DNA from: Pseudomonadota bacterium
GTDB taxonomy: Bacteria; Campylobacterota; Campylobacteria; Campylobacterales; Sulfurimonadaceae
Assembly (NCBI GenBank): GCA_043797085.1
Contig: JAZDQA010000008.1
Location: forward strand, 128,001-192,000
Length of the DNA stretch: 64,000 nucleotides
Reading direction: 5' to 3'
The position numbers and the translations under genes are program-made. Below, piece after piece: positions 8,585-20,046 of this stretch. Each line of letters starts with the position of its first letter. Position 1 is the stretch's first letter. The notes under the pieces are model-generated. The model was given only the letters and a program-made list of their open reading frames with translations, did no database searches and had not been told where the DNA came from.

Positions 8585-9475
8585 ATGACTCAGTCAAATA
8601 CCACTGCACGCTATTATATCGGGATGATTGTTGCTATGCTCTTTTGGGGAGTTGCTTGGACGGCGGGCAAAGTTGCGGCTGAACATTCCAATGCTGAAGT
8701 AGCGGCATTTTGGCGTTATGCTATCTCGTTTATGACGATTATTCCTGTTATTTGGTATCTCAAAACACCGTTAAAAAGTGACAAAATTGGATATTTGTAT
8801 ATGCTTGCGGCTGGTGCCTTGACATCACTGTTTAACTACCTCTTTTTCGCAGGACTTTCACATGGTCAAGCGGGATATGGAGGGACGATGGTGACAGCAC
8901 TCGCTCCATTACTTACCTATTTTATGTCCATCGTAATTTTCGGGATAACAATAACAACGAGACAAATCATCGCATTGACCATCGGTATCTTTGGAGCGTC
9001 AATTTTATTGCGTATTCCATCCGAGGGATTTGCATTTTTAAATATTGAGAGTTCCTATTTTCTGGGATGTGCTTTGGTCTGGTCATTGGTAACGATCGTG
9101 TCTCAAAAAGCGACCAAGCGAGCCGATCCGATGTTTTATACCGTCATTGTTTTCGGTATTACGACGTTTATCAACATGCTCTTTGCCCTGCCGCACCATC
9201 CGTTTGATTTCGGTGCATATGATGTAGTATTTTGGTTGACGATCCTCTTTATCGGCGTGATTCCGGGGACATTTAGTACCGCGCTCTTTTTTCTCTCGGC
9301 AGGAAAAGTAGGGGCGCATCGAACGGGGGTGTTTATGTTTATCGTCCCCGTCGGAGCGATCGTATCGAGTTGGATCGTATACGGCGAAACGTTGGCAATC
9401 TCTACGCTCATCGGATGTCTGTTGGCATTTGCGGCTGTGATCTTGTTTAATGTGAAGAGATCAAAAAGAGTATAG
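8585..9475 (+). CDS. DMT/EamA transporter
   Basis: LFWG motif, about 10 TM helices in two repeats. Confidence 0.85.
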   Translation: MTQSNTTARYYIGMIVAMLFWGVAWTAGKVAAEHSNAEVAAFWRYAISFMTIIPVIWYLKTPLKSDKIGYLYMLAAGALTSLFNYLFFAGLSHGQAGYGGTMVTALAPLLTYFMSIVIFGITITTRQIIALTIGIFGASILLRIPSEGFAFLNIESSYFLGCALVWSLVTIVSQKATKRADPMFYTVIVFGITTFINMLFALPHHPFDFGAYDVVFWLTILFIGVIPGTFSTALFFLSAGKVGAHRTGVFMFIVPVGAIVSSWIVYGETLAISTLIGCLLAFAAVILFNVKRSKRV

Positions 9476-9492
9476 ACTTTACAATAATCCTC

Positions 9493-11208
9493 TTACCGCG
9501 AAGCTACTTTATTCCTACCCTCATTTTTGGCGATGTAAAGAGCTTCATCGGCTCTCTTTAGTATGTTTTCTATGGTCGTGTCCTGAGAATGATCGATTTG
9601 GGATACGCCCAAACTGATGGTAAATTTAACGATTTGACGGTTTTCAAGAGTGATGCAGCACGATTCAATTTTTTCTCTAAACTCTTCGGCAATGAGCACT
9701 GCACTGTTTGCATCGGTTTCCGGTAATAAAATCACAAACTCTTCACCGCCGTATCGGCACATGAAATCACTCTTTCTCAGAGACGCTTGTAAAATATTGG
9801 CAAGTTCGATTAGGACTTTATCTCCGTTTGGATGACCGAAAGTATCATTGATATTTTTAAATTTATCGATATCAATCATAATGAGGGATAACGGTTTTTT
9901 ATTTCGAAGAGAAAGATTAAAAAGTGTGTTCGATGCATCGGAAAAATATCTTCGGTTATATAAACGAGTCAGCGGATCGGTGATGGAGAGAGACTTTAAC
10001 TCTTCTTGAGCGGCTTCAAGTTCATTAACGGAGACGCTGATGAGATGGGAGAGGGCTCGGATAGTCGTACTTTTGCTTTTCGTGGTTTGAAAAGTTATAG
10101 CTCGATCGTTGTATTTATCCGATTCACTTAAAGCCAATACCGTCATGCTTTGATTTAATAACTCTTTGGTGAAAAATTCGCCGTAGGTAAAAAAGCCGCT
10201 GGTTGGAGCGATTTTGTTGTACACGAGTGTCTCTTGTTCTATTTCCAAAGGGATAAACCTCCTTCGAGCCATGCATGAGTAGATAAAGACAGTCTCAACG
10301 GGAATGTTTGTGAAATGGTTAATATGATTTTGTGTTTCTGCGAGGATAATATCCGCATCCGCGTACCCGAATCGTACTTCGTCGCCATTTTTCAGATTTC
10401 CGGCGAAAATGAGTGAACCGTCGCTCTCTTTTGCTATCGGCGCTCTGGCGATATGGTTATCGTCTCTTTGGATAATCAGGGGAAACTCAATCCCTACAAA
10501 GGGAAGTTCTGCTCCGATCTCTTTTCCCAAATAATAGTTATAGGTCTCAATGGCACTTTTATCGTCTATCGTATAAACGCGGTTGTTTTTGGCATGGGTG
10601 ATTTTCAACGTTTTCCCGATAGGAAGCCAGTTAAAACTATAATCGCTGTAAACTTTTAAAGAGGATGAACTCAAAGAGACTCCGACCACACCCTCCGAAA
10701 CGATTGCTTCTTTGGTAAAAACATAGGTTTTGCTAAAAGTTGCGTTGTCTCCTGCTAACCCGCCTGCAATAGTGATGTCCGGATTGATAGTATGTATTCC
10801 GTTTAAAAACTCTTCACCATTGCCTCCTAAGCCATCGATAAAAGCAATAATGGCTTTGGTATCGTCTTGGATCACGGCTGATGCCAAATCGCTCCCCGCT
10901 TGATGATAGGAATCAAAGGTATCGGAGATATACGACTTCAGACGTACTGATTCAAAGGTTGAGAAACTAATGACGGTTTTATGGGTCGATACATAGCCGT
11001 CTTTTATCTCTCCATCCGTAGTGGTTCCGATGAGTGCAGAGAGGGGAAAATAGATCGAAAAAAAGTTTGTAAGTTTGGTAATAAATTTGAAATCATTTTG
11101 GGCAGTAAAAATTTGGATTAGAAGTTTGGAAGAATCTTGTAAATTATGATCCTCAATGAACTCGTTTAAAAGGGTATCGGAGGTGTAATAAGTGTTTAGA
11201 GTAATCAT
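9493..11208 (-). CDS. FIST-N/FIST-C diguanylate cyclase
   Basis: IAGGLAGD, YSCMARR, GFFTYGEF; RYGGEEF with RxxD I-site. Confidence 0.9.
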   Translation of the reverse strand: MITLNTYYTSDTLLNEFIEDHNLQDSSKLLIQIFTAQNDFKFITKLTNFFSIYFPLSALIGTTTDGEIKDGYVSTHKTVISFSTFESVRLKSYISDTFDSYHQAGSDLASAVIQDDTKAIIAFIDGLGGNGEEFLNGIHTINPDITIAGGLAGDNATFSKTYVFTKEAIVSEGVVGVSLSSSSLKVYSDYSFNWLPIGKTLKITHAKNNRVYTIDDKSAIETYNYYLGKEIGAELPFVGIEFPLIIQRDDNHIARAPIAKESDGSLIFAGNLKNGDEVRFGYADADIILAETQNHINHFTNIPVETVFIYSCMARRRFIPLEIEQETLVYNKIAPTSGFFTYGEFFTKELLNQSMTVLALSESDKYNDRAITFQTTKSKSTTIRALSHLISVSVNELEAAQEELKSLSITDPLTRLYNRRYFSDASNTLFNLSLRNKKPLSLIMIDIDKFKNINDTFGHPNGDKVLIELANILQASLRKSDFMCRYGGEEFVILLPETDANSAVLIAEEFREKIESCCITLENRQIVKFTISLGVSQIDHSQDTTIENILKRADEALYIAKNEGRNKVASR

Positions 11209-11384
11209 TCAAGGGTTCTTTAATAAGATAAATTAATATAAAAGATTATAGCGTATATTATGTAGCTTATTTTTTTTGCTAAAATATTATTTATATTGAT
11301 AATTTTTTTATCTCAGTAACAATAACTGTTTCAGATTGCATGGTATGATTATAGACTAATGAGTTAACAGTGAGGAGAATGAAG

Positions 11385-11687
11385 ATGAACCCTTCTAAAG
11401 TGATCCGAGACAAAGTTACAAAACTCACCGATCTCCCAAATATCGGCAAGACGGTAGCCCATGATCTGACATTGATCGGGATTACCTCTCCTGAACAGCT
11501 CAAAGGGGAAGACCCTTATGATTTGTATATTCGTTTTTGCGAAGCATTCGGGGAGAGGCAAGATCCGTGTATGCTCGATGTTTTGATGTCGATCACCGAT
11601 TTTATGAACGGCGGTGAGGCTAGAGTGTGGTGGGACTATACCGCAGAGCGCAAAAAGCGGTACGGCAATGGGAGAATCGAAAATTAA
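11385..11687 (+). CDS. Helix-hairpin-helix protein (Cdd1/mitomycin-resistance-like)
   Basis: LTDLPNIGK, DPCMLD, WWDYTAERK. Confidence 0.75.
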   Translation: MNPSKVIRDKVTKLTDLPNIGKTVAHDLTLIGITSPEQLKGEDPYDLYIRFCEAFGERQDPCMLDVLMSITDFMNGGEARVWWDYTAERKKRYGNGRIEN

Positions 11688-11726
11688 AAGCAGGTCTTTT
11701 CAAAATCGTTTCGCATCGCTAATTCC

Positions 11727-12317
11727 TTATTTTATATTTTGTTTTAAATGTTCATTCAATCCGTTAAGGACACTGTTTAGATCAAATTCTGATTTATAGA
11801 CATCATGGACACTGTAGCTTGGATAGGGTTGCGCACCACAAAATTGCAGTGTCTTATGTAGAGCAACATTAGCCTCATCGACGCTCATTCCCTCAAAAAA
11901 GCCTTTGGGATTATTGAACTCACTCTCGGGACAGTTATAGGTGAAACTGAGCATGTATCGCTTGCCCTCCATCAATCCTCCGCTTCCATAAGTCTTTGAT
12001 GGATCATTTCGACTGCGACCATCACTGGAATATGTGACCGTATTTACTCCGCTTGAGAAAATGTCATCAATGTATTTTTTACCTAGCCATGGTAATCCCA
12101 TCCAAAAAACGGGTGACTGGATAAAAAAGAGATCAGCCCATTGAAATTTTTCCAACTCAGATGCTGTGTTGTAGCCTTCGTCAATATTGGTTTCTTTTAC
12201 TTCATAGCCATTGTGTAGAAAAAAAGTTTTTGCTTCATTTAACAGATCTCTTGTTAAATTGCCGTTGGCAAAACCTTCATATTTTTGGTGTAGATTTAGT
12301 AATAGTACACGTTTCAT
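11727..12317 (-). CDS. mdaB: MdaB-like NAD(P)H:quinone oxidoreductase (flavodoxin-2 fold)
   Basis: PVFWMGLPW, SDGRSR.DPSK.YGSGGLM, SFTYN. Confidence 0.8.
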   Translation of the reverse strand: MKRVLLLNLHQKYEGFANGNLTRDLLNEAKTFFLHNGYEVKETNIDEGYNTASELEKFQWADLFFIQSPVFWMGLPWLGKKYIDDIFSSGVNTVTYSSDGRSRNDPSKTYGSGGLMEGKRYMLSFTYNCPESEFNNPKGFFEGMSVDEANVALHKTLQFCGAQPYPSYSVHDVYKSEFDLNSVLNGLNEHLKQNIK

Positions 12318-12380
12318 TTATGCTCCTTAAAAGTAATCTTAGGTGAGATTTTATACAATACAGTGTTTTAAATCAAGAAC

Positions 12381-12413
12381 GTACTAAAAAGTACTGTACA
12401 TACTAAAAGGTAA
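12381..12413. promoter_or_regulatory. Tandem operator candidates for the HxlR-type regulator
   Basis: Perfect palindrome GTACT-AAAA-AGTAC (12381-12394) and degenerate copy ATACTAAAAGGTAA (12400-12413) between divergent genes. Confidence 0.55.
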
Positions 12414-12420
12414 CTATAAT

Positions 12421-12768
12421 ATGATTCAAGCTAACTTTAATTGCCATTTTGAGCTTACACTTGAATTGATAGGCGGAAAATGGAAAGGGCTTATCTTATG
12501 GCATCTGCTTGATAAAAAAGTTCTGCGTAACGGTGAAATGCTTCGTTTAATGCCGCGCATCACCCAAAAAATGCTGACTCAGCAACTGCGTGAGATGGAA
12601 GAGAATGGATTGATTTTGAGAGTGATTTATGAGCAAGTACCGCCCAAGGTAGAATACAGTCTAACGCCACATGGGACATCACTTCGCCCAATATTAGAAA
12701 TGATGATTGATTGGGGTGTGGATTACGCACAGGATAAAAATATCGTAATAGTTTGTAATAAAGGATAA
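12421..12768 (+). CDS. HxlR/DUF24 winged-helix regulator
   Basis: N-terminal Cys, IGGKWK, KMLTQQLRE, PPKVEYSLT. Confidence 0.9.
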   Translation: MIQANFNCHFELTLELIGGKWKGLILWHLLDKKVLRNGEMLRLMPRITQKMLTQQLREMEENGLILRVIYEQVPPKVEYSLTPHGTSLRPILEMMIDWGVDYAQDKNIVIVCNKG

Positions 12769-12770
12769 AT

Positions 12771-12998
12771 ATGGTTTCGGTTAAATATCTTCATGAGGTT
12801 CAAGCTGCATTGCTTTCAGGATTTATGAGTTTTATCATGTCAGGAGCGATTACGTTTATAAATCTTGGATTTGTTGATGGATTTATTGGGATATGGCTTC
12901 ATGCGTGGTTGGTTGCGTATGCCATTGCGTTTCCGACGATATTGCTAGTATTTCCATTTGCACGTAAGCTGGCGATGAAGATAGCAGCAAAACATTAG
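12771..12998 (+). CDS. DUF2798-like small membrane protein
   Basis: MSFIMSG...WLHAWLVAYAIAFP. Confidence 0.7.
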   Translation: MVSVKYLHEVQAALLSGFMSFIMSGAITFINLGFVDGFIGIWLHAWLVAYAIAFPTILLVFPFARKLAMKIAAKH

Positions 12999-13037
12999 GA
13001 CAGAAAAAATTATTGTTTTGATGATTAAAAAAAGAAG

Positions 13038-13114
<77 letters not shown>

Positions 13115-13286
13115 ACACTAGATGAAAGTATAGCAAAAAATCGAGGCATTTTTGATTGAATTGGTAGAATGTTTTCAATTTTGTCATGATTTGGCGTTTT
13201 TTCTAACAGTTTTTTCATAATCAAAATATGGTAACTCTATTGATTGTATGTTACAATTATTTACAATACACATAAAAGGCAAATGG

Positions 13287-14096
13287 ATGAAATTTTTTTT
13301 ACTAATGGTGATTAATATTCTTTTTTTAACCGCTCTTTTTGGAGAAAATCTTACATTTGGTGTCGTTCCGCAACAAAGTCCTATGAAACTTATGCAGGAC
13401 TGGAAGCCAATAATTGATTATCTTGAAAAAGCCACCGGGGATAAGATTACACTAAAAGTTGAACGTTCTATTCCGGAATTTGAAAAAGTTTTATACAGCG
13501 GCGGATACGACATCGCGTATATGAATCCGTATCATTATGTTGTTGCGCATAAAAAACAGGGGTATATCGCCAGTGTACGCGATGAAAAGAATTTAGTTGG
13601 GATTTTAGTGGTACGTAAAGAGAGCGGACTGCGTGATATTTCTATGCTCAAAGGAAAACAATTTCTTTTTCCTGCTCCGGATGCATTTGCAGCGACTTTG
13701 TTGACCAAATATGAGTTACTAAAAAAATACAATATCGATGTTGACCATAAGGAACAATTTCGTTATGTCAATTCTCATGATTCGGTTTATAAAGGTGTTG
13801 CTCGTGGAATCGGTGACGTAGGTGGGGGAATTCAAAGAACATTGGAAAATCTAAATGATCCAGAGGCAAAAGAAGCATTGATAATATTGTATAAAACAAA
13901 AGCCTATCCAAGCCATCCTTTTGCGATAAAACCATCAATCTCAGACAGAACAAAAGCAAAGCTAAGGAAAGCTCTTTTAGCCACACCTGAGGATCTTCTG
14001 GAGGATTTAAGCATAAAACATCTTATCAAAATTGAAGATTCTGAGTATGACAGTATCCGAGATATTGCAAAAGCTCTATCGCCGAATCAAGATTAA
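13287..14096 (+). CDS. PhnD-family periplasmic substrate-binding protein
   Basis: Signal peptide, FGVVPQ, YMNPYHY, SHDSV, YPSHPF. Confidence 0.8.
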   Translation: MKFFLLMVINILFLTALFGENLTFGVVPQQSPMKLMQDWKPIIDYLEKATGDKITLKVERSIPEFEKVLYSGGYDIAYMNPYHYVVAHKKQGYIASVRDEKNLVGILVVRKESGLRDISMLKGKQFLFPAPDAFAATLLTKYELLKKYNIDVDHKEQFRYVNSHDSVYKGVARGIGDVGGGIQRTLENLNDPEAKEALIILYKTKAYPSHPFAIKPSISDRTKAKLRKALLATPEDLLEDLSIKHLIKIEDSEYDSIRDIAKALSPNQD

Positions 14097-14099
14097 AGG

Positions 14100-17000
14100 A
14101 TGAGACTACCATTCCGTTATCAGTTTATTCTCTCTTTTTTGAGCATCGAGATCGTTTTTATCTCTTTGATTGTTTTTTTTAATTTTACATCACTTAGTAA
14201 GTTGTCACATTCTCTGATTGAAGAAAAAATTCAAACAGCGACAAGCCTTTTTGGTGAGATGATAAAAACTCCAATGATTACCTACGATCTTGGAACACTG
14301 GATAATCAAGTAGAAAGCTTTACCAATATCAAAAATATTGTAGCGGTGAAACTCTTTGATAATCAAAACAAACTGCTCAGCAATATCACATCAGATCCTA
14401 AATTTACTGTAGATAGTTTTCCAGAAGCCACAGGTGATATTCAACAAGAAAATCGAATATTTAGGCTGGTGAATGTCCCTATTACGGTTGATGGTGAAAT
14501 ATTGGGTAACGCTAAGGTACTGTTTGAACTGACAGAAAGTCTACATACAATTGATAAAAATAGAAACTTGACTTTTTTACTTATATTTATTGAGATTACT
14601 CTTAGCTCAATCGCTGCTTACCTTATTGGTCGTAAGCTCACAGGTGCATTGAATCAGTTAACATCATCTGCAGAGCAGATAGCACAAAGTGATGATGTTA
14701 TCATTCCTGATGTAGGCAAAGAGGGTGATGAGATGTCACTTCTTTCTCATACACTGCATCTAATGCAAAAACGCATCGCCGAACGTAATAGTAAATTACG
14801 AGATGTTGTTGAGAAGCTTCAAGAAGACATAATTGAACGTAAAGAGCTTGAAAGTAAACTTCTATACGAGCGAAATTTCAATAAAGCGCTCGTTGATAAT
14901 GCAAATGCCATCATTGCGGTCATTGATTCAAATGGGGTGATGAATTCAATTAATCCTTATGGCGAAGACTTTAGCGGATATACACAAGAGGAGATCGCTT
15001 CAGAGCCCTATTTTTGGAAGAGATTTCTGCACCCTCAGATGCAAGAAAAAGTTTTTGGCATCATAGAGAATGCAAAATCCGGAAAAATTGTCAAAAGTTT
15101 TCAGAATTCATGGATTTCAAAAGAGGGGAAAGAAGGTTTTTTTGAATGGTCTAATATGTTGGTTTGTAAGCCTGACGGGTCAATGGATTATCTTGCGACG
15201 ATTGGGATTGATATTTCGGATCAAGAATGGCAAAAGATGGAACTGCAACGACAAAAAGAAGAATTTGAAACCATTTTTAATATCTCAAAAGATGGAATCG
15301 CAATTCTTGATATGGAATCAAACTTTTTGGATTTTAATGATTCATATTTAGAAATGACCGGATTTTCCAGAGAAGATTTACTTACTAAATCATGCATCGG
15401 ATTAAGTGCTCCTGAAGACGTTTCTCGATCAATTGAAGCATTGAAGATTGTTTTTGAAAAAGGTTCAATAAGCAATTATGAAAAAACATGTATTGTAAAA
15501 GACGAGAAGCGTGTTGTCATCAATATGTCAGTTTCATTGATGCCGGATAAAAAGAGAATACTCATTAGTACAAAAGATATTACGCACAAGAAAAAAATTG
15601 AAGAAGCTATCCTCTTGGCAAAAGAACAAGCAGAATATGCTAACAAAGCTAAAAGTGAATTTTTGGCAAACATGAGCCATGAAATACGGACTCCGCTTAA
15701 CGGTATTATCGGATTAAATGATTTGGTATTAAAAACTTCTTTAACGGAAATACAGCACGATTACCTGACAAAAACACAGCAGTCGTCTAAAGCATTGCTA
15801 AGTGTTATCAATGATATCTTGGATTACTCTAAAATTGAAGCAGGTAAATTGGAATTTGAGGAAAAAGTTTTTTCCATTGAGAACCTATTGCGAAATGTTT
15901 CAGATTTGTTTGAATATGCCATTTCGGGGAAATCTCTTGAGATGCACATTGATATTCACCCTGATACACCGAGAATGCTAAAAGGAGATTCTCTTCGCGT
16001 AGGGCAAGTATTTAATAACCTTGTCGGGAATGCTATTAAGTTTACAGAAAAAGGGGATGTCACCCTCCATGTGAAACCGATTGCTCAAACAGATACCCAT
16101 GTTCAGCTGCAATGCTCTATTACGGATACGGGTATCGGAATGAGTGAAGAAGAGCAATCAAGACTGTTTCAGGCATTTTCTCAAACCGATACTTCCAATA
16201 CTCGTAAATATGGCGGAACCGGTCTTGGGCTTACGATTTGTAAACAACTGATTGAGCTCATGGGTGGGGAGATTTGGCAAGAGAGTGTAAAAGGAAGCGG
16301 GTCAACATTTACGTTTACACTGCAGCTTAAAAAAGATGAATCCCAAGAGACAGTAGCATATAGCAGCAATTATTTGCGTGACCAACGCTTTTTAGTTGTT
16401 GATGATAATCAGCTTGAGCGCGAGCTGATCGGAGGCATACTCACTTCATGGGGTGCTAATCCAACATTGTGCGGAAGTGGTGAAGATGCAATTAATTTAG
16501 CAGAAAACCAGCCGTTTGATTATTTAATCGTTGATTGGCAAATGCCTGGTATTGATGGACTTGATGTTATTAAAACTCTTCAAGAGGGCTTGAATACTAA
16601 ATTTCCTAAAGTTATAATGGTGACGGCTCATCTTAAAGATGAACTTTTGAAAGTTGCGGCAGCTCGACATATCACGGTAGAAAAAATTCTTCATAAACCG
16701 GTGAGCCCCTCTATATTATTTGAATCCATTACGGAGACGGTAAAGTCTGAAATAGACAAAGAAACAATGTCCGAAAAACGTTTTGTTGCTCACGGTAATA
16801 TACTGGTTGTTGAGGATAACGAGATCAACCAATTGGTAGCAAGAGATCTGCTTGAATTTTTTGGACTGAATGTAAGTATGGCAAATAATGGGCAAGAAGG
16901 GGTAGAAAAAGTTAAAAATCAATCCTATGATTTAGTTTTAATGGATCTGCAAATGCCCATAATGGACGGTTTTGAAGCAACTCGTAAGATTCGTGAGTTT

Positions 17001-17750
17001 AATCAAGATATCCCGATTATTGCTTTGAGTGCTGCTGTGATGGATCATGATAAAAAACTGACAAGAGATGTCGGAATGAATGAGCATCTTTCTAAACCAA
17101 TCGACATGGAAGAATTACAGCATCTGCTTAGTAACTATCTTGAAACAGATTGGATAGCTGAAGATGTGATTGTTGAAAAAAGTGATGATGTTTATGGAAT
17201 CGATATGACAGATTTATCCAATAAACTGAAAAAACCTGAACAAATCGAACGTTTTCTAAAGCTTTTTGCCCATGGATATCGTGAATTTTCACAAAAGATC
17301 ATGAATGTTCCTATCGGAAGTGAAGAGTTTAAGCAGCTGATTCATGGTATCAAAGGAGTCAGCGGTAATGTATCGGCAATGATGGTCTATGCTATTGTCA
17401 AAGTAATCGATGAATGCGACGATGCGGACATTCAAAAAGAGCTGGTACCCTCTTTAATTGAGGAACTGGATCATGTGATAGCCTCAATCGACGAGCGGTA
17501 TCCCAAAACAGCTATTGCAGCATCCAAAAATACTGATGCAGAGACTATGCGTTTAATTATAGAAGACATCGTCTCCAAACTGGAGAACAAAGAATTTATT
17601 GATGATGATCAGCTGGAAGATTGCATAGGCAGGCTCTCACAATTTATAGACGAAGAAACAATTTCGAAAATCAATAATTCAATAGAAAATTTTGAGTATG
17701 ATACGGCAAAAAAATTATTTCAAAGCGTCAAGGAACAATTGAATGGATAA
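14100..17750 (+). CDS. Hybrid sensor kinase (TM-HAMP-PAS-PAS-HisKA-HATPase-REC-REC-HPt)
   Basis: [35 protein letters not shown], two receiver domains, HGIKG HPt. Confidence 0.92.
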   Translation: MRLPFRYQFILSFLSIEIVFISLIVFFNFTSLSKLSHSLIEEKIQTATSLFGEMIKTPMITYDLGTLDNQVESFTNIKNIVAVKLFDNQNKLLSNITSDPKFTVDSFPEATGDIQQENRIFRLVNVPITVDGEILGNAKVLFELTESLHTIDKNRNLTFLLIFIEITLSSIAAYLIGRKLTGALNQLTSSAEQIAQSDDVIIPDVGKEGDEMSLLSHTLHLMQKRIAERNSKLRDVVEKLQEDIIERKELESKLLYERNFNKALVDNANAIIAVIDSNGVMNSINPYGEDFSGYTQEEIASEPYFWKRFLHPQMQEKVFGIIENAKSGKIVKSFQNSWISKEGKEGFFEWSNMLVCKPDGSMDYLATIGIDISDQEWQKMELQRQKEEFETIFNISKDGIAILDMESNFLDFNDSYLEMTGFSREDLLTKSCIGLSAPEDVSRSIEALKIVFEKGSISNYEKTCIVKDEKRVVINMSVSLMPDKKRILISTKDITHKKKIEEAILLAKEQAEYANKAKSEFLANMSHEIRTPLNGIIGLNDLVLKTSLTEIQHDYLTKTQQSSKALLSVINDILDYSKIEAGKLEFEEKVFSIENLLRNVSDLFEYAISGKSLEMHIDIHPDTPRMLKGDSLRVGQVFNNLVGNAIKFTEKGDVTLHVKPIAQTDTHVQLQCSITDTGIGMSEEEQSRLFQAFSQTDTSNTRKYGGTGLGLTICKQLIELMGGEIWQESVKGSGSTFTFTLQLKKDESQETVAYSSNYLRDQRFLVVDDNQLERELIGGILTSWGANPTLCGSGEDAINLAENQPFDYLIVDWQMPGIDGLDVIKTLQEGLNTKFPKVIMVTAHLKDELLKVAAARHITVEKILHKPVSPSILFESITETVKSEIDKETMSEKRFVAHGNILVVEDNEINQLVARDLLEFFGLNVSMANNGQEGVEKVKNQSYDLVLMDLQMPIMDGFEATRKIREFNQDIPIIALSAAVMDHDKKLTRDVGMNEHLSKPIDMEELQHLLSNYLETDWIAEDVIVEKSDDVYGIDMTDLSNKLKKPEQIERFLKLFAHGYREFSQKIMNVPIGSEEFKQLIHGIKGVSGNVSAMMVYAIVKVIDECDDADIQKELVPSLIEELDHVIASIDERYPKTAIAASKNTDAETMRLIIEDIVSKLENKEFIDDDQLEDCIGRLSQFIDEETISKINNSIENFEYDTAKKLFQSVKEQLNG

Positions 17751-18990
17751 GCCTAGTATTTTAATTGTTGATGATGAACCGCTTAATCTTAAGCTAGTAG
17801 CACAAAGCTTGAGAGAACGTTACTCTATATTTGTTGTTCGCAGTGGAGTAGAAGCCCTTGCTTTGTTGGTTGACCATAACATAAATTTAATTTTACTTGA
17901 TATAAATATGCCCGATATGGATGGGTTTGAAGTAGCTCATGAGCTGAAAAAACTACCAAATACTGCAAAGATCCCGGTCATCTTTTTAACGGCGGATAAG
18001 ACGCAAGAAACCATTGTCAGAGCATTTCAAGCAGGTGCGGTTGATTACATCACAAAGCCCTTTCAGCCTGAAGAGCTAAATGCTCGGGTAGACAATCATA
18101 TCCGAGCTAATCAACTCCAAAAAGAGTTAAAAAAAGCGTCGAAAAACAATATCCATTTGCTTGAGATTATTAATGCCTATGTCTCATTTATAAAAGTAGA
18201 TCCAAAAGGAATCATTCAAGAAATTAGCGACAATTTTTGTAAGCAGCTTGAATGTAATAAAGAATATATCATAGGTAAGAATATCAATATACTTAAGTCT
18301 GGCAATATGGATCATTCTTTTTATCAAGAAATATGGCAGAGGATACTTTCTGGGGAAACATTTTCATATGATATTGAAGACGGAAATTTTTCAGGAGGAA
18401 CCAATTGGTATCATGTTACGGTATCACAGGATTACAATCATAAAAATGAACTTATTGGATTTATCGCTTTTTATGAAAATATTGATGAAAAAATGCGTTA
18501 TATGTATGATGCTCAAACGGATAGATTAACGGGATTACTTAACAGAGCAAAAATAGATGATATTTTACAATCTGAAATCAAACGTGCCACACGCAATGAG
18601 TTTGCACTTTCTGTGATCCTTGTAGACATTGATTATTTTAAAGAGGTCAATGACAAATATGGCCATCAGACAGGTGACTTGATTTTGAGTGAGTTTGCAA
18701 CTTTATTGTCCAACAATATACGAGAAACAGATTTTATAGGACGATGGGGAGGAGAAGAATTTTTGATAATCTGCCCTCATACGGATTCTGATGGTACTTT
18801 TGCATTGGCAGAAAATCTTAGAAAAAGAGTAGAATCGACTACTTTTTCTGTAATTGGCAATAAAACATCAAGTTTTGGAATTGCTCAATTATACAAAAGT
18901 GATACGATTGAAGACATATTCAAGAACGTTGATTTTGCTCTTTATCATGCGAAAAAAATGGGAAGAAATCAAGTTCAGCGTTATAAATAA
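17743..18990 (+). CDS. REC-PAS-GGDEF response regulator diguanylate cyclase
   Basis: IVDD..LLDINMP..TKP; RWGGEEF. Confidence 0.9.
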   Translation: MDKPSILIVDDEPLNLKLVAQSLRERYSIFVVRSGVEALALLVDHNINLILLDINMPDMDGFEVAHELKKLPNTAKIPVIFLTADKTQETIVRAFQAGAVDYITKPFQPEELNARVDNHIRANQLQKELKKASKNNIHLLEIINAYVSFIKVDPKGIIQEISDNFCKQLECNKEYIIGKNINILKSGNMDHSFYQEIWQRILSGETFSYDIEDGNFSGGTNWYHVTVSQDYNHKNELIGFIAFYENIDEKMRYMYDAQTDRLTGLLNRAKIDDILQSEIKRATRNEFALSVILVDIDYFKEVNDKYGHQTGDLILSEFATLLSNNIRETDFIGRWGGEEFLIICPHTDSDGTFALAENLRKRVESTTFSVIGNKTSSFGIAQLYKSDTIEDIFKNVDFALYHAKKMGRNQVQRYK

Positions 18991-19018
18991 ACACAGAATC
19001 CACAATCCAATATAAATC

Positions 19019-19933
19019 TTAAATACCTCTTTTGAAAATCAAATTTTTAAGGCTTCGGTCTTCATTGCTTGCGGGGAAGCTCTTTAGATTCTCCAGTCTT
19101 TCAATATAACGAAATTCAGGGGCATTTTCTTTAAAAAGAGTTTTAATAAATTCAGGGTCCAATTCTGGAGCATTGAGTGCGGATAAAATAGTACATTCTT
19201 CTGACGCGAATTCATGAAGTCTACGGATGATTTTCTCATAGTCGCTGGTTGCTGCGAACGAGCCTTTTTGGAAGCTTGGTGGATCGATGATGATCAGGTC
19301 GTAAGGTCCTGATTTACGGATACGACTCCATGATTTTAGAATATTGTACGGCATAAATTCCACTTTTTTTGTGTCAAGTCCGTTTAGTCGATGATTTTCT
19401 CTTCCTATGCTGAGAACATTTTTGTTCATATCGACATTTACAACGGCCTTTGCTTCTGCTGCAATAGCTGCAACAGAGAAAGAACAGGTATAGGAAAAGA
19501 GATTTAAGACATTTTTGTTACTGGCATGAGCACGGACAAACGATCTTCCATTTTTCATGTCGGGAAAGAAACCAATATTTTGGGCATTGAGAAAATTGAG
19601 ATGATATTTGAGACCGTTTTCTGTGGCGAACGTCTCTTGGGGTAACTCTCCTGCAATCACCGTAGAGGGAGCCTGTGGAAGATAGCGTTGTTGGACGATC
19701 ATTGCGTCCCATTTTTGCTCATGATAATAGAAATCACTTAACATGGCAATAATCGTTTCTTCATCATCAGCCGCGTCAAATAATACGATAAATAATACCT
19801 TGTCCACACTGTCTACTGTGAGAAATCGATACCCCTCGTATACGTCGCCTCGTCCGTGAAATAATCGGGTATATTCTTCGGTTTTGTTTTGAGCGTTGAT
19901 GCTTATGAGCTGCTGTAAATCATTTAGGGTCAT
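19019..19933 (-). CDS. Class I SAM methyltransferase, RlmI/K-like
   Basis: VLNLFSYTCSFS, IIDPPSF. Confidence 0.8.
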   Translation of the reverse strand: MTLNDLQQLISINAQNKTEEYTRLFHGRGDVYEGYRFLTVDSVDKVLFIVLFDAADDEETIIAMLSDFYYHEQKWDAMIVQQRYLPQAPSTVIAGELPQETFATENGLKYHLNFLNAQNIGFFPDMKNGRSFVRAHASNKNVLNLFSYTCSFSVAAIAAEAKAVVNVDMNKNVLSIGRENHRLNGLDTKKVEFMPYNILKSWSRIRKSGPYDLIIIDPPSFQKGSFAATSDYEKIIRRLHEFASEECTILSALNAPELDPEFIKTLFKENAPEFRYIERLENLKSFPASNEDRSLKNLIFKRGI

Positions 19934-20046
19934 ATTTATGTATCTTTTATATAAGTGGTGAAAGTATAGCAGGAGTTGGATGGATCGCTCAGAAGAGTTC
20001 AGGATGCAATATCATCGTGATATAATACCTCAAGCGAGGGAACGGC

